DNA of 64,000 bases, taken from a virus. The stretch lies in IMG/VR virus record IMGVR_UViG_3300035633_000651, positions 45,678 to 109,677 of that record; one strand, 5' to 3'. The notes below the pieces were generated by a model that saw nothing but the letters and a program-made list of their open reading frames with translations, ran no database searches and was not told the DNA's origin. Positions within the stretch are counted from its first letter, which is position 1; the number at the start of each line of letters is the position of its first letter. This document shows, in pieces, positions 44,701-55,355 of the stretch. The position numbers were made by a program, and so were the translations under genes.

Positions 44701-45734
44701 CCGATGATCACTCCTCCCTGACCTGTCTGGGTCAGCAGCACCTGGAAGCCCTCGCCGACACGTGTGAGCAGGGTGTCGTTGCGAATGATAGGGGCCACCG
44801 GGGTGAATTGCACGAACTGGATTTCACTGATGTTGTCGGAGGTGCCGTTGCGGGTTGGGAAGGCGTCGCCACGGATGATGACCACCGGACTTGCGTCTAC
44901 GAAGATGAATCCGAGGTCGCCGTTGTCCTGAAGCCCGAGCCCCAGGCGCGGCAGCGTGCGGGACAGCGCGAAGTCCGCGGTGAGTCCGTCCGAGAAGGCC
45001 TCGTCGGTCGGAGGGATGGGCCGTCCCCGCACGAGCTGACTGGTCGCGTCCCCTCGGAAATTGTCCTGGACGACGACGTAGCGCCCTGGCACAGCAGGAA
45101 CGACCGCCTCGTACGTGCGAAACCCTACAAAGGGGATGAAGCCGCCAGGCGTCACGTCTTCGACGCGCCCCGAGAAGTCCTGTCGCAGAACCCGAAAGCC
45201 CGCGATGTTCAGGTTTCGGTTCGTCGTCGGCGATGCCTCAGGTTGGAAGACGACCGCGAAGTTGGTACCGGGCGCGCCTGGACCGGCACCGACGCCGAAC
45301 TGCCGAATGTCGGGCGGGCCGTTGTAGGCGATGCGCTCTGCCCCGAAGGGGATCGAGTCGAACTCGCGGGTCGCGAAGTCGTTCGGGTTGCCGATGCCTG
45401 GGCCAGGGCGCAGAGCGTCGCGCGTCGTTCCGGTCTGTGGAGGCTGTGTGGCCGGTGCGTCATTCTCGTCTGCGGTGATCAAGAAGGCCGACTCGTTCAG
45501 AACGTAGAAGATGAGCCAACGCGAGTTTGCCTCGTCGAAGAAGACCTCGGGCCGCTCGCCTTCCGACAGAAGACGCACCTCAGCCTGCAGTGACCCATTC
45601 ACCTCACGCTGGACGAAGACGCTCGTCCCCTGACCAAAGGGACGCTCGTACACGTGCCAGCGGATCGAGCCGTCCGCGTTGCTTGCGGTGGCGATGCGCC
45701 CGACGTCGTCGGTGAATGTGATCTGCGTGGCCAT
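44697..45734 (-). CDS. Baseplate-region structural protein
   Basis: Context only. Confidence 0.55.
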   Translation of the reverse strand: MATQITFTDDVGRIATASNADGSIRWHVYERPFGQGTSVFVQREVNGSLQAEVRLLSEGERPEVFFDEANSRWLIFYVLNESAFLITADENDAPATQPPQTGTTRDALRPGPGIGNPNDFATREFDSIPFGAERIAYNGPPDIRQFGVGAGPGAPGTNFAVVFQPEASPTTNRNLNIAGFRVLRQDFSGRVEDVTPGGFIPFVGFRTYEAVVPAVPGRYVVVQDNFRGDATSQLVRGRPIPPTDEAFSDGLTADFALSRTLPRLGLGLQDNGDLGFIFVDASPVVIIRGDAFPTRNGTSDNISEIQFVQFTPVAPIIRNDTLLTRVGEGFQVLLTQTGQGGVIIG

Positions 45735-45737
45735 GGA

Positions 45738-47171
45738 CTAGATCAGCGTGATGACGAGGTCGGCAGTGGCGATCCGCGCGAACTCATTGCCTCCAATGAC
45801 GATGTCAGCAGTGCCTGTAAGCGCCGGGTCCCGGACCAGGCGAGTGATGATGAAGTTGTCCACGCCGGAGATGCGGCGCACCTCACCCTGAATGTCCGAG
45901 TTCTCGACGTTCGCACCGAGCCCGAAGCTGTTGATGAAGTTCTGGATGGCGGTCGACACTGCGTTCGGCACGGTGACCGTCGAGAAGCCCGTGGCGACAC
46001 GGAGCTGCGCTTCCAGGATGATGTCGACCTGGATGCCCTCCTTGTAGAGGAGGTCGCGCCCGAGCGACTCGTTGGTGCGCTGCTCGGACGTGGTCTGCAG
46101 CGTCTGGATGAGATTGTTCTGCGTGTAGTTGATCGTGACTGCTGCGCCAAGTGCGGGCGGAGACGTCACAGTGGACAGAAACCGCACACCTTCGACGGCG
46201 CGGGTAGACCCGCGGTTGCCTCCCGTGTCGCGGACCACTTCGTAGTCGGTGCCTTCGGCATAAGTCGTAGCGCCGGAGCTGACCTGGGTGACGACGGCGA
46301 TGGGTGGGAAGGAGACCTGCAGGAGCTGTCCGACTCCCAAAAACTCCAGGTTCTCGGTCCGCGCGACCAGCTGCTCTCCGATGATGTAGGCGTCGGTGGC
46401 GCCTGCGTCGTCGGCCGAGCGGGTCAGGAGCGGGTCGTCGCCGAAGACCACCAGCACGTCCTCGACCTCGGGAAAGTTGTTGCGGGTGAAGAACTCGATG
46501 CCGGTGGGTGTGGTGAGGTCTCGCCCGAGGATGGCCAAGAGGTAGCGATTGATCAGCTCGGCGTTGGTCTCGCGGTCGAGCCCGCCTTCGGACGCCGCCG
46601 TGTTCGTGACCTGGTCAAAGCCCACCAGAGGCCGCAGGGGGCGCCGAATGCGCCCCTGGCCCACGCGCCCCACCGAACCCTGGACCGTGGCCTGAGCAGG
46701 CACCTGAAGCTCGTAGCGCTGCGTGGTGATGTTGAAGAAGCTCGCCCTCTGGGCGGCAGGCAACGTCCGCGCCTCGGTCGTGGTGAATGTAACGGTTTCC
46801 CCTGTGTTCGCGTCCGGCGTGGTGGCGACGGGAAACCCTCGCTGAACCACCAGGTCTGGTCCTGAGGGGTCGACGGTCGGAGTGCTGAACGTCAGCGTGG
46901 TCAGCGACCGCGCACCGAGGATCCGACGAATGGTCTCGTTGAAGACGATCCCGTCGACGTCCACCTCGGAGAGGTTGGCCGGGTTCTGCAGGCTGAGCAG
47001 CAAGGACACGGCGCGCACGCGGTCGTTCTGCTGTTCGAGCACAGTCGCGACGGGGTCGATGACGATGTCGCGAATGGGACCAAAGCCCACGTCGTGAGAT
47101 TCGGTGCGGTCGGTGATGCCAGCGCGCAGCTGGTCGCGGAACTGGGCCGCAGTGATCTTCTCGACAGGCAT
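45738..47171 (-). CDS. Baseplate wedge, J-like
   Basis: GPIRDIVIDP, QGSVG.V, VTN...GGLDRETNAELINR. Confidence 0.85.
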   Translation of the reverse strand: MPVEKITAAQFRDQLRAGITDRTESHDVGFGPIRDIVIDPVATVLEQQNDRVRAVSLLLSLQNPANLSEVDVDGIVFNETIRRILGARSLTTLTFSTPTVDPSGPDLVVQRGFPVATTPDANTGETVTFTTTEARTLPAAQRASFFNITTQRYELQVPAQATVQGSVGRVGQGRIRRPLRPLVGFDQVTNTAASEGGLDRETNAELINRYLLAILGRDLTTPTGIEFFTRNNFPEVEDVLVVFGDDPLLTRSADDAGATDAYIIGEQLVARTENLEFLGVGQLLQVSFPPIAVVTQVSSGATTYAEGTDYEVVRDTGGNRGSTRAVEGVRFLSTVTSPPALGAAVTINYTQNNLIQTLQTTSEQRTNESLGRDLLYKEGIQVDIILEAQLRVATGFSTVTVPNAVSTAIQNFINSFGLGANVENSDIQGEVRRISGVDNFIITRLVRDPALTGTADIVIGGNEFARIATADLVITLI

Positions 47172-47593
47172 TAGGTGAGCCTTCCTCCAATGGTGATGGA
47201 ACCCGAGGTTCCGGTACGCCCGGTGATGAACGTGGCGCGGAAGTAGAACGCCGTCGGGTCGTCGGCGACTTGGGAGACCTGCAAACGTCCGAGGCGAACC
47301 AGACGCTCACCGCGAGGTCGCTGCTCCCGCTGAAAGCGAGATTGCAAATCTTGGATGTTGGAGACCATGATGCGCACGCGTCGAGACACCTGGCGAGTGA
47401 CGAGCGCGGGGGTCGCAGCCTGACCGTTCACGGCGTCTTCGAGTCCAGCGCCCACGTTGTCGGGGCGGGAGCCTGTCGCCAGAGCCATGCGGAGGTCCTG
47501 CCGAAGCTTGGTCTCGTCTGCGACGAGTCGCGCCTGTCCCGAAGACCGGTTGATGACGACGTCACCGTTTGCGACCTGAAACGTCGTGCTCAT
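47171..47593 (-). CDS. Baseplate wedge / sheath initiator, gp25-like
   Basis: GDVVI...KLRQDL...P..GAGL; start MSTTFQV. Confidence 0.7.
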   Translation of the reverse strand: MSTTFQVANGDVVINRSSGQARLVADETKLRQDLRMALATGSRPDNVGAGLEDAVNGQAATPALVTRQVSRRVRIMVSNIQDLQSRFQREQRPRGERLVRLGRLQVSQVADDPTAFYFRATFITGRTGTSGSITIGGRLT

Positions 47594-48045
47594 GCCTGGT
47601 TCTCCGCGATGCAGTCGTCGATGGTCCCGACCAGCTCGTTGAACTCGGCGAGCTGCGCATTCAGCTCGGCGATCTGTGCGTCGGTCTCGTCCTTTAGGCT
47701 GAGCGCGCGGGTCGCGTCGTCCGCGAGGTCGTTGACGCCCGAAGTGGCTTGCTCGACGGCCGCGTTCAGGTTCTGCCGAACCCGTCCAAGGTCGCCACAC
47801 CCTGCGATGAGGCTGAGAGGCAGCAGGTTCGCGATCGACTGCGACTCCTGCAAGACGGCATTGGCCGCGTCACGTGCAAGCTCGATGGGAATCAGCTGGA
47901 TGCCGAGGGTCAGTGACCGTGCCTGCAGAATACCTAGCACCGACTGGACCTGCGCAATCTGCGCCTGCACAGTCCCCCGCAGCGCCGACAGAATCGGCGT
48001 CGAGAGGGTGCACAGAACAGACTTGACGCATGCATCGAGGGCCAT
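47590..48045 (-). CDS. Helical hypothetical protein
   Basis: Context; coiled-coil character. Confidence 0.6.
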   Translation of the reverse strand: MALDACVKSVLCTLSTPILSALRGTVQAQIAQVQSVLGILQARSLTLGIQLIPIELARDAANAVLQESQSIANLLPLSLIAGCGDLGRVRQNLNAAVEQATSGVNDLADDATRALSLKDETDAQIAELNAQLAEFNELVGTIDDCIAENQA

Positions 48046-48048
48046 CGG

Positions 48049-49239
48049 TTACTCTCCAGTGATCTTCGTCGACAGTGTAGCAGGGAGGGCCGCCGCACGT
48101 GCAGCAGCTTCTGTGCCGATGGCGGTCGCCGCCGTCGCGAGAGCGGTGAACTGCGACGCTCCGGGCGCAAAGACCGGAACGCCAGCCAAAGCCGAGAACG
48201 CGGAAGCCATGGCCGTCATCTGCGCGGAAACGGTCTGAAGGTAGCCCTGAAGCTCTGCCAGCTGCGCGTTCCCGAGAACGTACGCCTCCGAGGCACCGCT
48301 AGACCCCAGCTTGATTTCGGGGGCCGTGACGGTGTGGGTCCCTCCTGATGTCACATCTCGCGTACCATCGCCATTCTCGGAAACATTGCCTCCGTTGTCG
48401 ATGTCGCGCGTGTAGACCGGGGTCGTGTTCGGCAGCGGGAAGCCGCCGCCCTCGAACAGCTCTTCCCGCAGGCGGAGGTTGTTGATGACAGCGCCCGAGT
48501 CGTCCCGGATGTCGGCGTAGCGGACCCGTGCGTAGGGCGTTGGCGGGACGGGCGCTGGGGCTGTCTGCTGCTGAAGGTCGAGGTCCCATTCCTTCGCGGA
48601 GCCGGAAACCACCTTCTCCTCGAAGTCACCCGAGGCCTGCCGTTTCACGTCGCCGAAGCGCAGCTTCGCGCCCGTGCTGTCCAGGCGCAAAAGACCCATC
48701 CGTCCGTCGACCTCCTCCTGCTCTTTCTTCAGGAGGAGCTGCTGCGAGCCGCCGGCCAAGTAGAGGGTCCCGAACTGCCCGCCTCGGATGTAGGCGTTGC
48801 CGGAGCTGCGCATGTCCCACTCGCCCTGCGCGAGCCGGTAGAAGGTCGACAGTCCTGCCTCGCCTCGGTCGCGGGCACGGCTCACCTGGGCGTAGCCGCC
48901 GAGCTGGCCCTGAGGTCCGCGCTCGGACGGCAAGTCGCCCCACGTCGCGGCACCGACGGCCTCGGGGCGGTTGTCGGGACCGAAGGCCACCTTCACGAAG
49001 TCGCCCACCTGCGGCATATAGCGCATCCAGGACGAGCGCGCGCCGCTTCGGAGCGTCTGATTGTCGAGTCCCACGATGGGCGGACTGAAGCCGAGCACCG
49101 GGATCGGCATCTTGTGGATGGCCCCCGTGGTCAGGCGCACAGTCATGATGCCGTCGTCCTCTCGGATGCCACTAATCTGCCCGACGTTGGTGCGGTTGTG
49201 GTACTGCTCCTCGTCCTGAATGCCCCAGCGATACTTCAT
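48049..49239 (-). CDS. Baseplate spike, gpV/gp5-like
   Basis: OB-fold-like MPQVGDFVKVAF; IKLGS...YVLG at the C-terminus. Confidence 0.7.
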   Translation of the reverse strand: MKYRWGIQDEEQYHNRTNVGQISGIREDDGIMTVRLTTGAIHKMPIPVLGFSPPIVGLDNQTLRSGARSSWMRYMPQVGDFVKVAFGPDNRPEAVGAATWGDLPSERGPQGQLGGYAQVSRARDRGEAGLSTFYRLAQGEWDMRSSGNAYIRGGQFGTLYLAGGSQQLLLKKEQEEVDGRMGLLRLDSTGAKLRFGDVKRQASGDFEEKVVSGSAKEWDLDLQQQTAPAPVPPTPYARVRYADIRDDSGAVINNLRLREELFEGGGFPLPNTTPVYTRDIDNGGNVSENGDGTRDVTSGGTHTVTAPEIKLGSSGASEAYVLGNAQLAELQGYLQTVSAQMTAMASAFSALAGVPVFAPGASQFTALATAATAIGTEAAARAAALPATLSTKITGE

Positions 49240-51731
49240 GTCTCGTCGTCCTCTGCCTCGAAGTTCGCAGTCGGCGCGGTGTTGCCGGCGTCGCGAGAGG
49301 CGCGAATGTCGGCCGAGCGCTGACCAAAGCGCAGCGGGTAGTTGAGTGCCTGGCTCGCGAACCCGCCAATGGGCTCGTAGACCAGGCGGTCTCCGTCCAC
49401 GACCTGGCCGCCCCAGGCGCGCACGTACTTCAGGTCCATGCTCGTGGTCATCGAGCCGTTGAGTCCCCACGTCAGGTCGTGCGTAAGAGACACAGTGGTC
49501 GCCACGAAGGTGCGCTCCGAAAACTCCATCGGCCGGTTCGGGAAGCCCAGCTGCACGCGCGGCAGGACTTGAACCGTCGCCTTCTTGGCCTCGGCGTTGA
49601 TCTGGTTCAGCTTCACGTTGGCGTACACGCGGGCCGCGTTCTCGTTGCTGATGATTCCCATCGGGTCGATGGTCTCGGACCGAACGCCGAACTGCGGGAT
49701 GAGGCCGTAGAGGTTGACGGGTGCGAAGTTGCCGACGGTCTCCGACGCAGGCAGTCCAGCAAATTCAGGGATCAAGGACCACACCCCGAGCATCTGCGTG
49801 CGCACGTTCTCGTCGATGAACTGACGCTCCCAGCTGATGGTGTCGCGCTTGGCCACACGAAGCTGAGGTCCGAAGGGCCCCCGCTCGCGGTCCGTCCCGA
49901 CGTCGAACTGAATGTTGCCGCGACCTAGCCCGAGGAACTGCTCCAGGTTCAGGGACTCGTTGCCGAAGTCGTCCGGCTCGAAGTCGTACAGGGGCATCTC
50001 GCAGATGAGGTCACCCTTCGGGCTGCAGTAGAACTGGAAGTCGAGGCGCTCGACCACGTCGTAGATCAAGCTGAGTCGGGTGCGCCAGGTCGTCTGGGTG
50101 TTGACGCCGATGATGTCGTTCAGGAGCAGCTTCTGGTTCGTCGCAGGGCCCAGCGAGCCTGGGACCAGGAAGCACAAGCGTCCGAAGTCGACAGGGAACA
50201 GGTGCGGATTCTCGCCAATGACCCTGACGATGTCCTCCGTGACGAAGGTGCCGTCGGCTCGCTTTCGGATGTCCCCGCGCAGCGTCTCGACTTCGGTCTG
50301 CACGTCGGGCTCGGGCAGCGACATGTTCGTCAGGTCTGAGACGTACACGCGATGGTCGACGAGCGCTTGGTACTGCGCGAGCGAGTCGACGGTCGTTGCG
50401 GGCAGGTTGGCCCGCACCAGCTCGTCCCTCTCGGTGTTGGTCACGCCGTCGTCGAGCGGACCGAACACGGCGACGAAACTGCGGTCGAAGTTGTAGGAGC
50501 CCACGGCGTCTTCGAGAAGCGTGGACTCCGACTGCCCGTTCACTGAGTAGCGCAAATTCGCGAAGGTTCGCACGCCACGCACGTCCTCGGTGCCAGTCTC
50601 GCCCGTCGTACCTGCGCGCTCGGCGCCAAAGATGACGGTGAAGAGGAACTGCGGAAGGTTCAGGTCTGCGAAGCCGTCGTTGAAGAAGGTCCGCGTAATC
50701 GCGTCGCTGGCCACGGCGGCGGCCTCAATGTCGAGGATGCCTGGGTTCGTCGTGAGGCGGGCGTACCGCAAAATGCGCGACGCGTCCTCGAAGCGGATAC
50801 GCACGAGGCGCTGGTCATTCTCGTCGACCACGTCCGAGTAGTCCGACACAAAGCCCGCAAACATGTGGTACCAGCGAGCAGCGTCGGTCGGGTCGCGCCA
50901 GAAGATGCGGACCTGGTCGTTGCTGTGAAAAATGCTGTCGCCCGTATGGAAGGGGTAGCGCAGGACCTGTCCGTTGAGCTGCTGAAGCCCTGCGATCGAC
51001 TGCGAATTGAACGGGTCGACGAGGTTTGGCTGGAAGTTCGCAAGCTCTTGTCGAACGTTGAACTTCGCGAGCAGCACGCGGCGCTTCACAGGGTCCTCGA
51101 TGCTGGCTTCGATGCGCTCGCGCACGATGCGGTCGAGCTGTGCCGAGCGTGCAGCGACCCGCGTCTCCAGGATGTTCTGAGTGCGGGCTTCTGTGCGCTC
51201 GCGTGCAGTGTTCAGCGCGATGGACTGACGCAGCGCCTCTCGGCGGTACTCCAGCTCGGTCTGCCCGCTGGTCTGAAGCTGCTGCTGGATAGCCGGCTCG
51301 TCGAGTGCAGGGTCGCCGGTCAGAAGCTCTGGGCTCAGAGTGGCTGCAGCTTCGAGGAGCGTCGGCAGGACGGGCTGCGGACCGAAGTCGATGTCGACCG
51401 AGCGGTCTTCGGTCAAGACCTCCTGCAGGACGTCCTTCAGGTCAGGGAACCGGATCGCTGGCAGCTCATCCTCGATGCCGTAGAGCGTGGCGATGTCCCG
51501 CTCGGTCATGATGTAGCGGTCGGTGTTGAAGGAAGGCGCCTGCGGGCTTTCGGTGTCGCGACCCTGAAGCTGTCCGCGGGTACCTCCGTTGACCAATGTG
51601 ACCTCGGCCGTCGACGGCGCCCGAGACTCGGAGCCGGTGTAGTTGATGATGCACCGCGTGATGTCCTCGGTGACGTCGACGCCGAAGATGAAGACTCGCC
51701 ACGCTGGAAAGTATGTGCGGACCTCAGCCAC
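49236..51731 (-). CDS. Baseplate hub, gp27-like
   Basis: RVFIFGVD, FAGFV, FYCSPKGDL motifs; position in the operon. Confidence 0.7.
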   Translation of the reverse strand: MAEVRTYFPAWRVFIFGVDVTEDITRCIINYTGSESRAPSTAEVTLVNGGTRGQLQGRDTESPQAPSFNTDRYIMTERDIATLYGIEDELPAIRFPDLKDVLQEVLTEDRSVDIDFGPQPVLPTLLEAAATLSPELLTGDPALDEPAIQQQLQTSGQTELEYRREALRQSIALNTARERTEARTQNILETRVAARSAQLDRIVRERIEASIEDPVKRRVLLAKFNVRQELANFQPNLVDPFNSQSIAGLQQLNGQVLRYPFHTGDSIFHSNDQVRIFWRDPTDAARWYHMFAGFVSDYSDVVDENDQRLVRIRFEDASRILRYARLTTNPGILDIEAAAVASDAITRTFFNDGFADLNLPQFLFTVIFGAERAGTTGETGTEDVRGVRTFANLRYSVNGQSESTLLEDAVGSYNFDRSFVAVFGPLDDGVTNTERDELVRANLPATTVDSLAQYQALVDHRVYVSDLTNMSLPEPDVQTEVETLRGDIRKRADGTFVTEDIVRVIGENPHLFPVDFGRLCFLVPGSLGPATNQKLLLNDIIGVNTQTTWRTRLSLIYDVVERLDFQFYCSPKGDLICEMPLYDFEPDDFGNESLNLEQFLGLGRGNIQFDVGTDRERGPFGPQLRVAKRDTISWERQFIDENVRTQMLGVWSLIPEFAGLPASETVGNFAPVNLYGLIPQFGVRSETIDPMGIISNENAARVYANVKLNQINAEAKKATVQVLPRVQLGFPNRPMEFSERTFVATTVSLTHDLTWGLNGSMTTSMDLKYVRAWGGQVVDGDRLVYEPIGGFASQALNYPLRFGQRSADIRASRDAGNTAPTANFEAEDDET

Positions 51732-52539
51732 TGATACCCTCGAACAGCACCGAGTCGGCGGTCGGTTGCGGCTCGACGAACTCTTCCTGGAGAACCTGCG
51801 TCTCGGCGATGATGTCGTTCAGCTCAGGCTCCGTGCGCTGCACCGTGAAACGCATCGTCCAGTCGGCCGAGTTCGGCTTGTCCGAGACCTCCTCGAACTC
51901 CAGGACTTCGCTGAAGAAGCCGAAGAATGTGATCCCGGTCGGGAAGAGCTTCGTTCGGTAGAGGATGCTCATCTCGTTTACGATGTTCGGTGGGATGAGT
52001 CGCGGCTCGCGGGTGAGCGTGTAGAGGTTCTGGAAGATGGCGAGCTTTCGCAGCGCCGCCACGTCCTGCGTCGCAGGCAAGGGGAAGTTGTCGGCGCGGA
52101 GGTCCACGTTGCCTGTGGTCCCTTGCAAGACTAGTTCCAGGATGTCGTTGTCCTGCCCATTGTCGTCCGTAAAGTGGAAGAACACCGTGCCGTTTCGGAC
52201 ATCCTGTCGACTGATACGCTTCGGCTGACGCCACTGAATGGAGCGTGGGTTGATGAGTGTCTGGACGACGGGCAGCGTGTTGCCTGGTGCGAACCGGTTC
52301 GTGATCTCGATCAGCTCTTCGACCGAGAGGTTGAAGCCCTGCGCTCGAAACGAGGCCTCGATGTCGGCCTGAGACTCGTCAGCAGCGAGGGAGTTCGTAA
52401 GCTGTCCGATCAGCTCACGCAGCGTCGAGCTGAACTCGAAAGGCACCCGCTGCCCGTCGCCGTAGGGCAGCGACTGCGCCTGCCCAAGAAGCGCCTGGAA
52501 TGTCTGGACGACCGGAATCTGCGGGTTGAAGGTGACCAT
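51724..52539 (-). CDS. Tail tube initiator-like protein
   Basis: LINPRSI...K.I...G.T...FFGFF; follows the tape measure gene. Confidence 0.65.
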   Translation of the reverse strand: MVTFNPQIPVVQTFQALLGQAQSLPYGDGQRVPFEFSSTLRELIGQLTNSLAADESQADIEASFRAQGFNLSVEELIEITNRFAPGNTLPVVQTLINPRSIQWRQPKRISRQDVRNGTVFFHFTDDNGQDNDILELVLQGTTGNVDLRADNFPLPATQDVAALRKLAIFQNLYTLTREPRLIPPNIVNEMSILYRTKLFPTGITFFGFFSEVLEFEEVSDKPNSADWTMRFTVQRTEPELNDIIAETQVLQEEFVEPQPTADSVLFEGISG

Positions 52540-52542
52540 CGG

Positions 52543-54471
52543 TTACTGCTCCGCGCTCGCGCCGGCCACACGGCGCATCTTGCCCGTGAGCTTGTCGCCC
52601 GGCTTGAAGTCCTTGGGCGTGTCCATCTCCAGCTCCCACGAGCCTGTGGCACCGCCCATCTGGGCAGCTGCAGCTGCGCGGCGACGGCGCCCACCGCCTC
52701 CGCCGAACAGGCTGAAGGAATCGCTGATGTCTTGGTAGGCGTTTCGGCGTTCGCCGGCGCCCGAGAAGGCGGCGCTGTAGAACTCGCGACTCGCCTGCTG
52801 CGTGCGTGCGCTGCGTCCGAGGATCATCTGCCCGCCTTGTCCGAGGAGCTTCGGGACCTCCTGCATGACCTGGAGGGCGTTGTCCATGCCCTGCTGCGCC
52901 TGACGACTCGACATCATGAGGTAGCGAAAGTAGGCATCGTCTTCGCGCGCGGTCGTTCCGATGGTGAGGTACTGCGTCAGGTACGTCACCGTCGCGAGCA
53001 GCCCCTCCAGGCCGGACACGAGCACGTCGATGAGCGCAGACCCCACGCGCGCCACGACCTGGATCAGTCGGTTGGTCAGCGTCTTGAAGGTCGACTGCTT
53101 CAGCGCCTCGTCCTTGAACGCCTTGTTCAGAGCGTCCATGTGCTGCTCGGCCGACTGGGAGATCGACTTCTGCTCACCTGCGTCCTGTTGAATGGCCATC
53201 AGCGTCTGCGCTTGCTCGGCGCTCAGGTTGAAGGCGGTGCGCAGTGCGAGGTACTGACGGTCTTCGTCACCGCCACCCATCTCGCGGGACGTCGTCAAGA
53301 GCGCTTCGATAGAGTCCTTGAAGAAGCTGCGGTTCTCACCACGAAAGCCTTCTTCGAAGCGACGGAAGGTGCTGAGGCTCGGTCCCTCGCCTGTCATCTG
53401 CGAGCCGAGGTACGCCTTCATGCCGGTGTCGAGCCCCTGCAGCGCACCCGCCACGCCCTGCAGACCCGCGGCGGCTGCCTGCGCGGCGCCCTGCGCCGAG
53501 AAGCCTTCCATCTGAAAGCCTGCTTGCGCGTCGCGGATCACCTCGGCAACGTCCTTGGCCTCTTTCAGCTCGTTGGTCTGGAGTCGCAGAGCTGAGGTCA
53601 CCTGCATGACCGAGCCGAGCATCTGGTTGAAACTCAGTCCCGTGTCCTGAACTGACAGACCGATGTCACGGACCAACTCGGCTGACTGTTTCAGAGAGCT
53701 GTTCGTGTTCGAGGCGACAGTCGCGGCGAGCTTCATCGCCTCGCCCTGTCCCAGCTCGAAGAACCGGTCCATGGCCACAGTCAGGTTCATGACCGTGTCT
53801 CGCGCCATCGAAAGGTCCTGCGAAATGGCCTGCCCCGCATCACGTCCCGTGAAGCCCATGTTGGCGAGGGCCGCACCAGCCGCCTGGAAGTTGCCGGTGA
53901 TCCCTGGAATGGACTGCTCCAGTGTGCGGATGTCGCCGTTCAGTTGGTTGATGACCTGCCGGCCCACGCGGCCTGCGTTCTGCATCACCTGTCCGGCCTG
54001 CTGCGCCTTCGCGAAGTACTCGGCCTCCTGCAGTCGTCCGAAGAGCATGACGCCCAGGATGCCGCCAAAGGGCAGCCCGCTGAAGATGGTGGCGTTCAGC
54101 GTCCGAAGACCCTCGAACATGCCGCCCGCCTTGTCGGCTCCACGGAGCGCCCGGCGGTCGAAGTCGTCGAAGGTCTTCTTGGCCTCTTCGCGGTACTGCC
54201 CGAAGAAGGAGGTCACGTCCGGGCGGAGCTTGCGCAAGCTTGCCCGCATGCTATCTTCGATGGCCTCGCCCCAGGAGCGCGAGGCGTCGACGATGTCGTC
54301 ACCCAGCTCGTCGAGGGCGTCGGTGGCTTCTCGCTTGATGTCGTCGATGACGTCGGTCGCGTCACCTGTGAGCTGACCACCGAGCTGCGAGAGCTTTTGA
54401 AAGCCCTTCTCCACGGTCTCGTTGAGCCTTTGAAGCTCTTCGACCATGCGCTTGATCTGCTCGGGGTCCAC
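52543..54471 (-). CDS. Tape measure protein
   Basis: Helical Ala/Gln/Gly-rich 642 aa, directly after the chaperones. Confidence 0.75.
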   Translation of the reverse strand: MDPEQIKRMVEELQRLNETVEKGFQKLSQLGGQLTGDATDVIDDIKREATDALDELGDDIVDASRSWGEAIEDSMRASLRKLRPDVTSFFGQYREEAKKTFDDFDRRALRGADKAGGMFEGLRTLNATIFSGLPFGGILGVMLFGRLQEAEYFAKAQQAGQVMQNAGRVGRQVINQLNGDIRTLEQSIPGITGNFQAAGAALANMGFTGRDAGQAISQDLSMARDTVMNLTVAMDRFFELGQGEAMKLAATVASNTNSSLKQSAELVRDIGLSVQDTGLSFNQMLGSVMQVTSALRLQTNELKEAKDVAEVIRDAQAGFQMEGFSAQGAAQAAAAGLQGVAGALQGLDTGMKAYLGSQMTGEGPSLSTFRRFEEGFRGENRSFFKDSIEALLTTSREMGGGDEDRQYLALRTAFNLSAEQAQTLMAIQQDAGEQKSISQSAEQHMDALNKAFKDEALKQSTFKTLTNRLIQVVARVGSALIDVLVSGLEGLLATVTYLTQYLTIGTTAREDDAYFRYLMMSSRQAQQGMDNALQVMQEVPKLLGQGGQMILGRSARTQQASREFYSAAFSGAGERRNAYQDISDSFSLFGGGGGRRRRAAAAAQMGGATGSWELEMDTPKDFKPGDKLTGKMRRVAGASAEQ

Positions 54472-54944
54472 TAGGTCTCTTCCTCTTCGTCAAACACGAT
54501 GCGCGGGCTACGTCCAAACTGTAGCACTTCCTCTTCGGGCATCGGTAGCAAGTCCTCACCGCGCGCCAGCTTCTCCGACCACTCGTCGAAGTCGGGGTCG
54601 TTCAGTGCATCGCCGGCCTTCTCTTCGCGCTCGCGCTCCTCGAACACGTACTTCATCACGTCCGGCTGTCCACAGAGCACCGCCAAGGGGATGTACTCGT
54701 CCCCATCGCCACCCGCCTCCTTGACCAGGTTGAGTCCAAGCAGGTTCACCAGCAGGTTCCGCTGCCACTTCATGGACTCCATACGGAGGTGCATGTCCCG
54801 CTCATCTGCCTTCCGAAGCGCGTAGGCCTCGAACAGCCATTGCTGGTCGTTCATCGCCGCCACGCTCGGGTCGGTGATGAGGACCCCCTTACGTCCGAGT
54901 ACGTAGGCTTTCAGTCGCCAGAAGGGGTCCGCTTCGAGAAATCC
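54471..54944 (-). CDS. Tail assembly chaperone, -1 frameshift extension (G-T type)
   Basis: Open -1 frame entered at G GAT TTC (54944-54938). Confidence 0.65.
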   Translation of the reverse strand, partial: GFLEADPFWRLKAYVLGRKGVLITDPSVAAMNDQQWLFEAYALRKADERDMHLRMESMKWQRNLLVNLLGLNLVKEAGGDGDEYIPLAVLCGQPDVMKYVFEEREREEKAGDALNDPDFDEWSEKLARGEDLLPMPEEEVLQFGRSPRIVFDEEEET

Positions 54945-55354
54945 TCCATGTCCTTCATGGACTTGGCGGCCTTGTCCTTCAGCTGCAGGTAGGCCAGCCA
55001 CAGCTGCTCGACCACGATGGTCGGACGCTGGGACAGCCACTGCATCGTCTGAAGCGCCCGCCAGTGCACAGGGTCCGCTGCGTAGTCGGACTTCTCTTCG
55101 TCGGTGTCCGGCTCGAAGAGCTGGTCTTGCGGCACGCCGTCGATCGACACCACGGCGTACCCGAGCTGGGGCACGTTACTGTCCGCGAAGGCGGTCAGCA
55201 GGTTCTCGCTCGTGATGACGCCTCGGGCGCGCGTCTCTTCAGCGCGGGAGAGCAGTCGGAGCTTGTAGGCCCGACCGCCGACCACCGGCTCGGCGGTCTG
55301 AGGGAGCCCGCTCAGCGCGGACTCGGTCTGGGTGAGGATGTCGTGTTTCTTCAT
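54911..55354 (-). CDS. Tail assembly chaperone
   Basis: Between tube and tape measure; LGYAVVSIDG...LWLAY. Confidence 0.75.
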   Translation of the reverse strand: MKKHDILTQTESALSGLPQTAEPVVGGRAYKLRLLSRAEETRARGVITSENLLTAFADSNVPQLGYAVVSIDGVPQDQLFEPDTDEEKSDYAADPVHWRALQTMQWLSQRPTIVVEQLWLAYLQLKDKAAKSMKDMEDFSKRTPSGD

Positions 55355-55355
55355 T

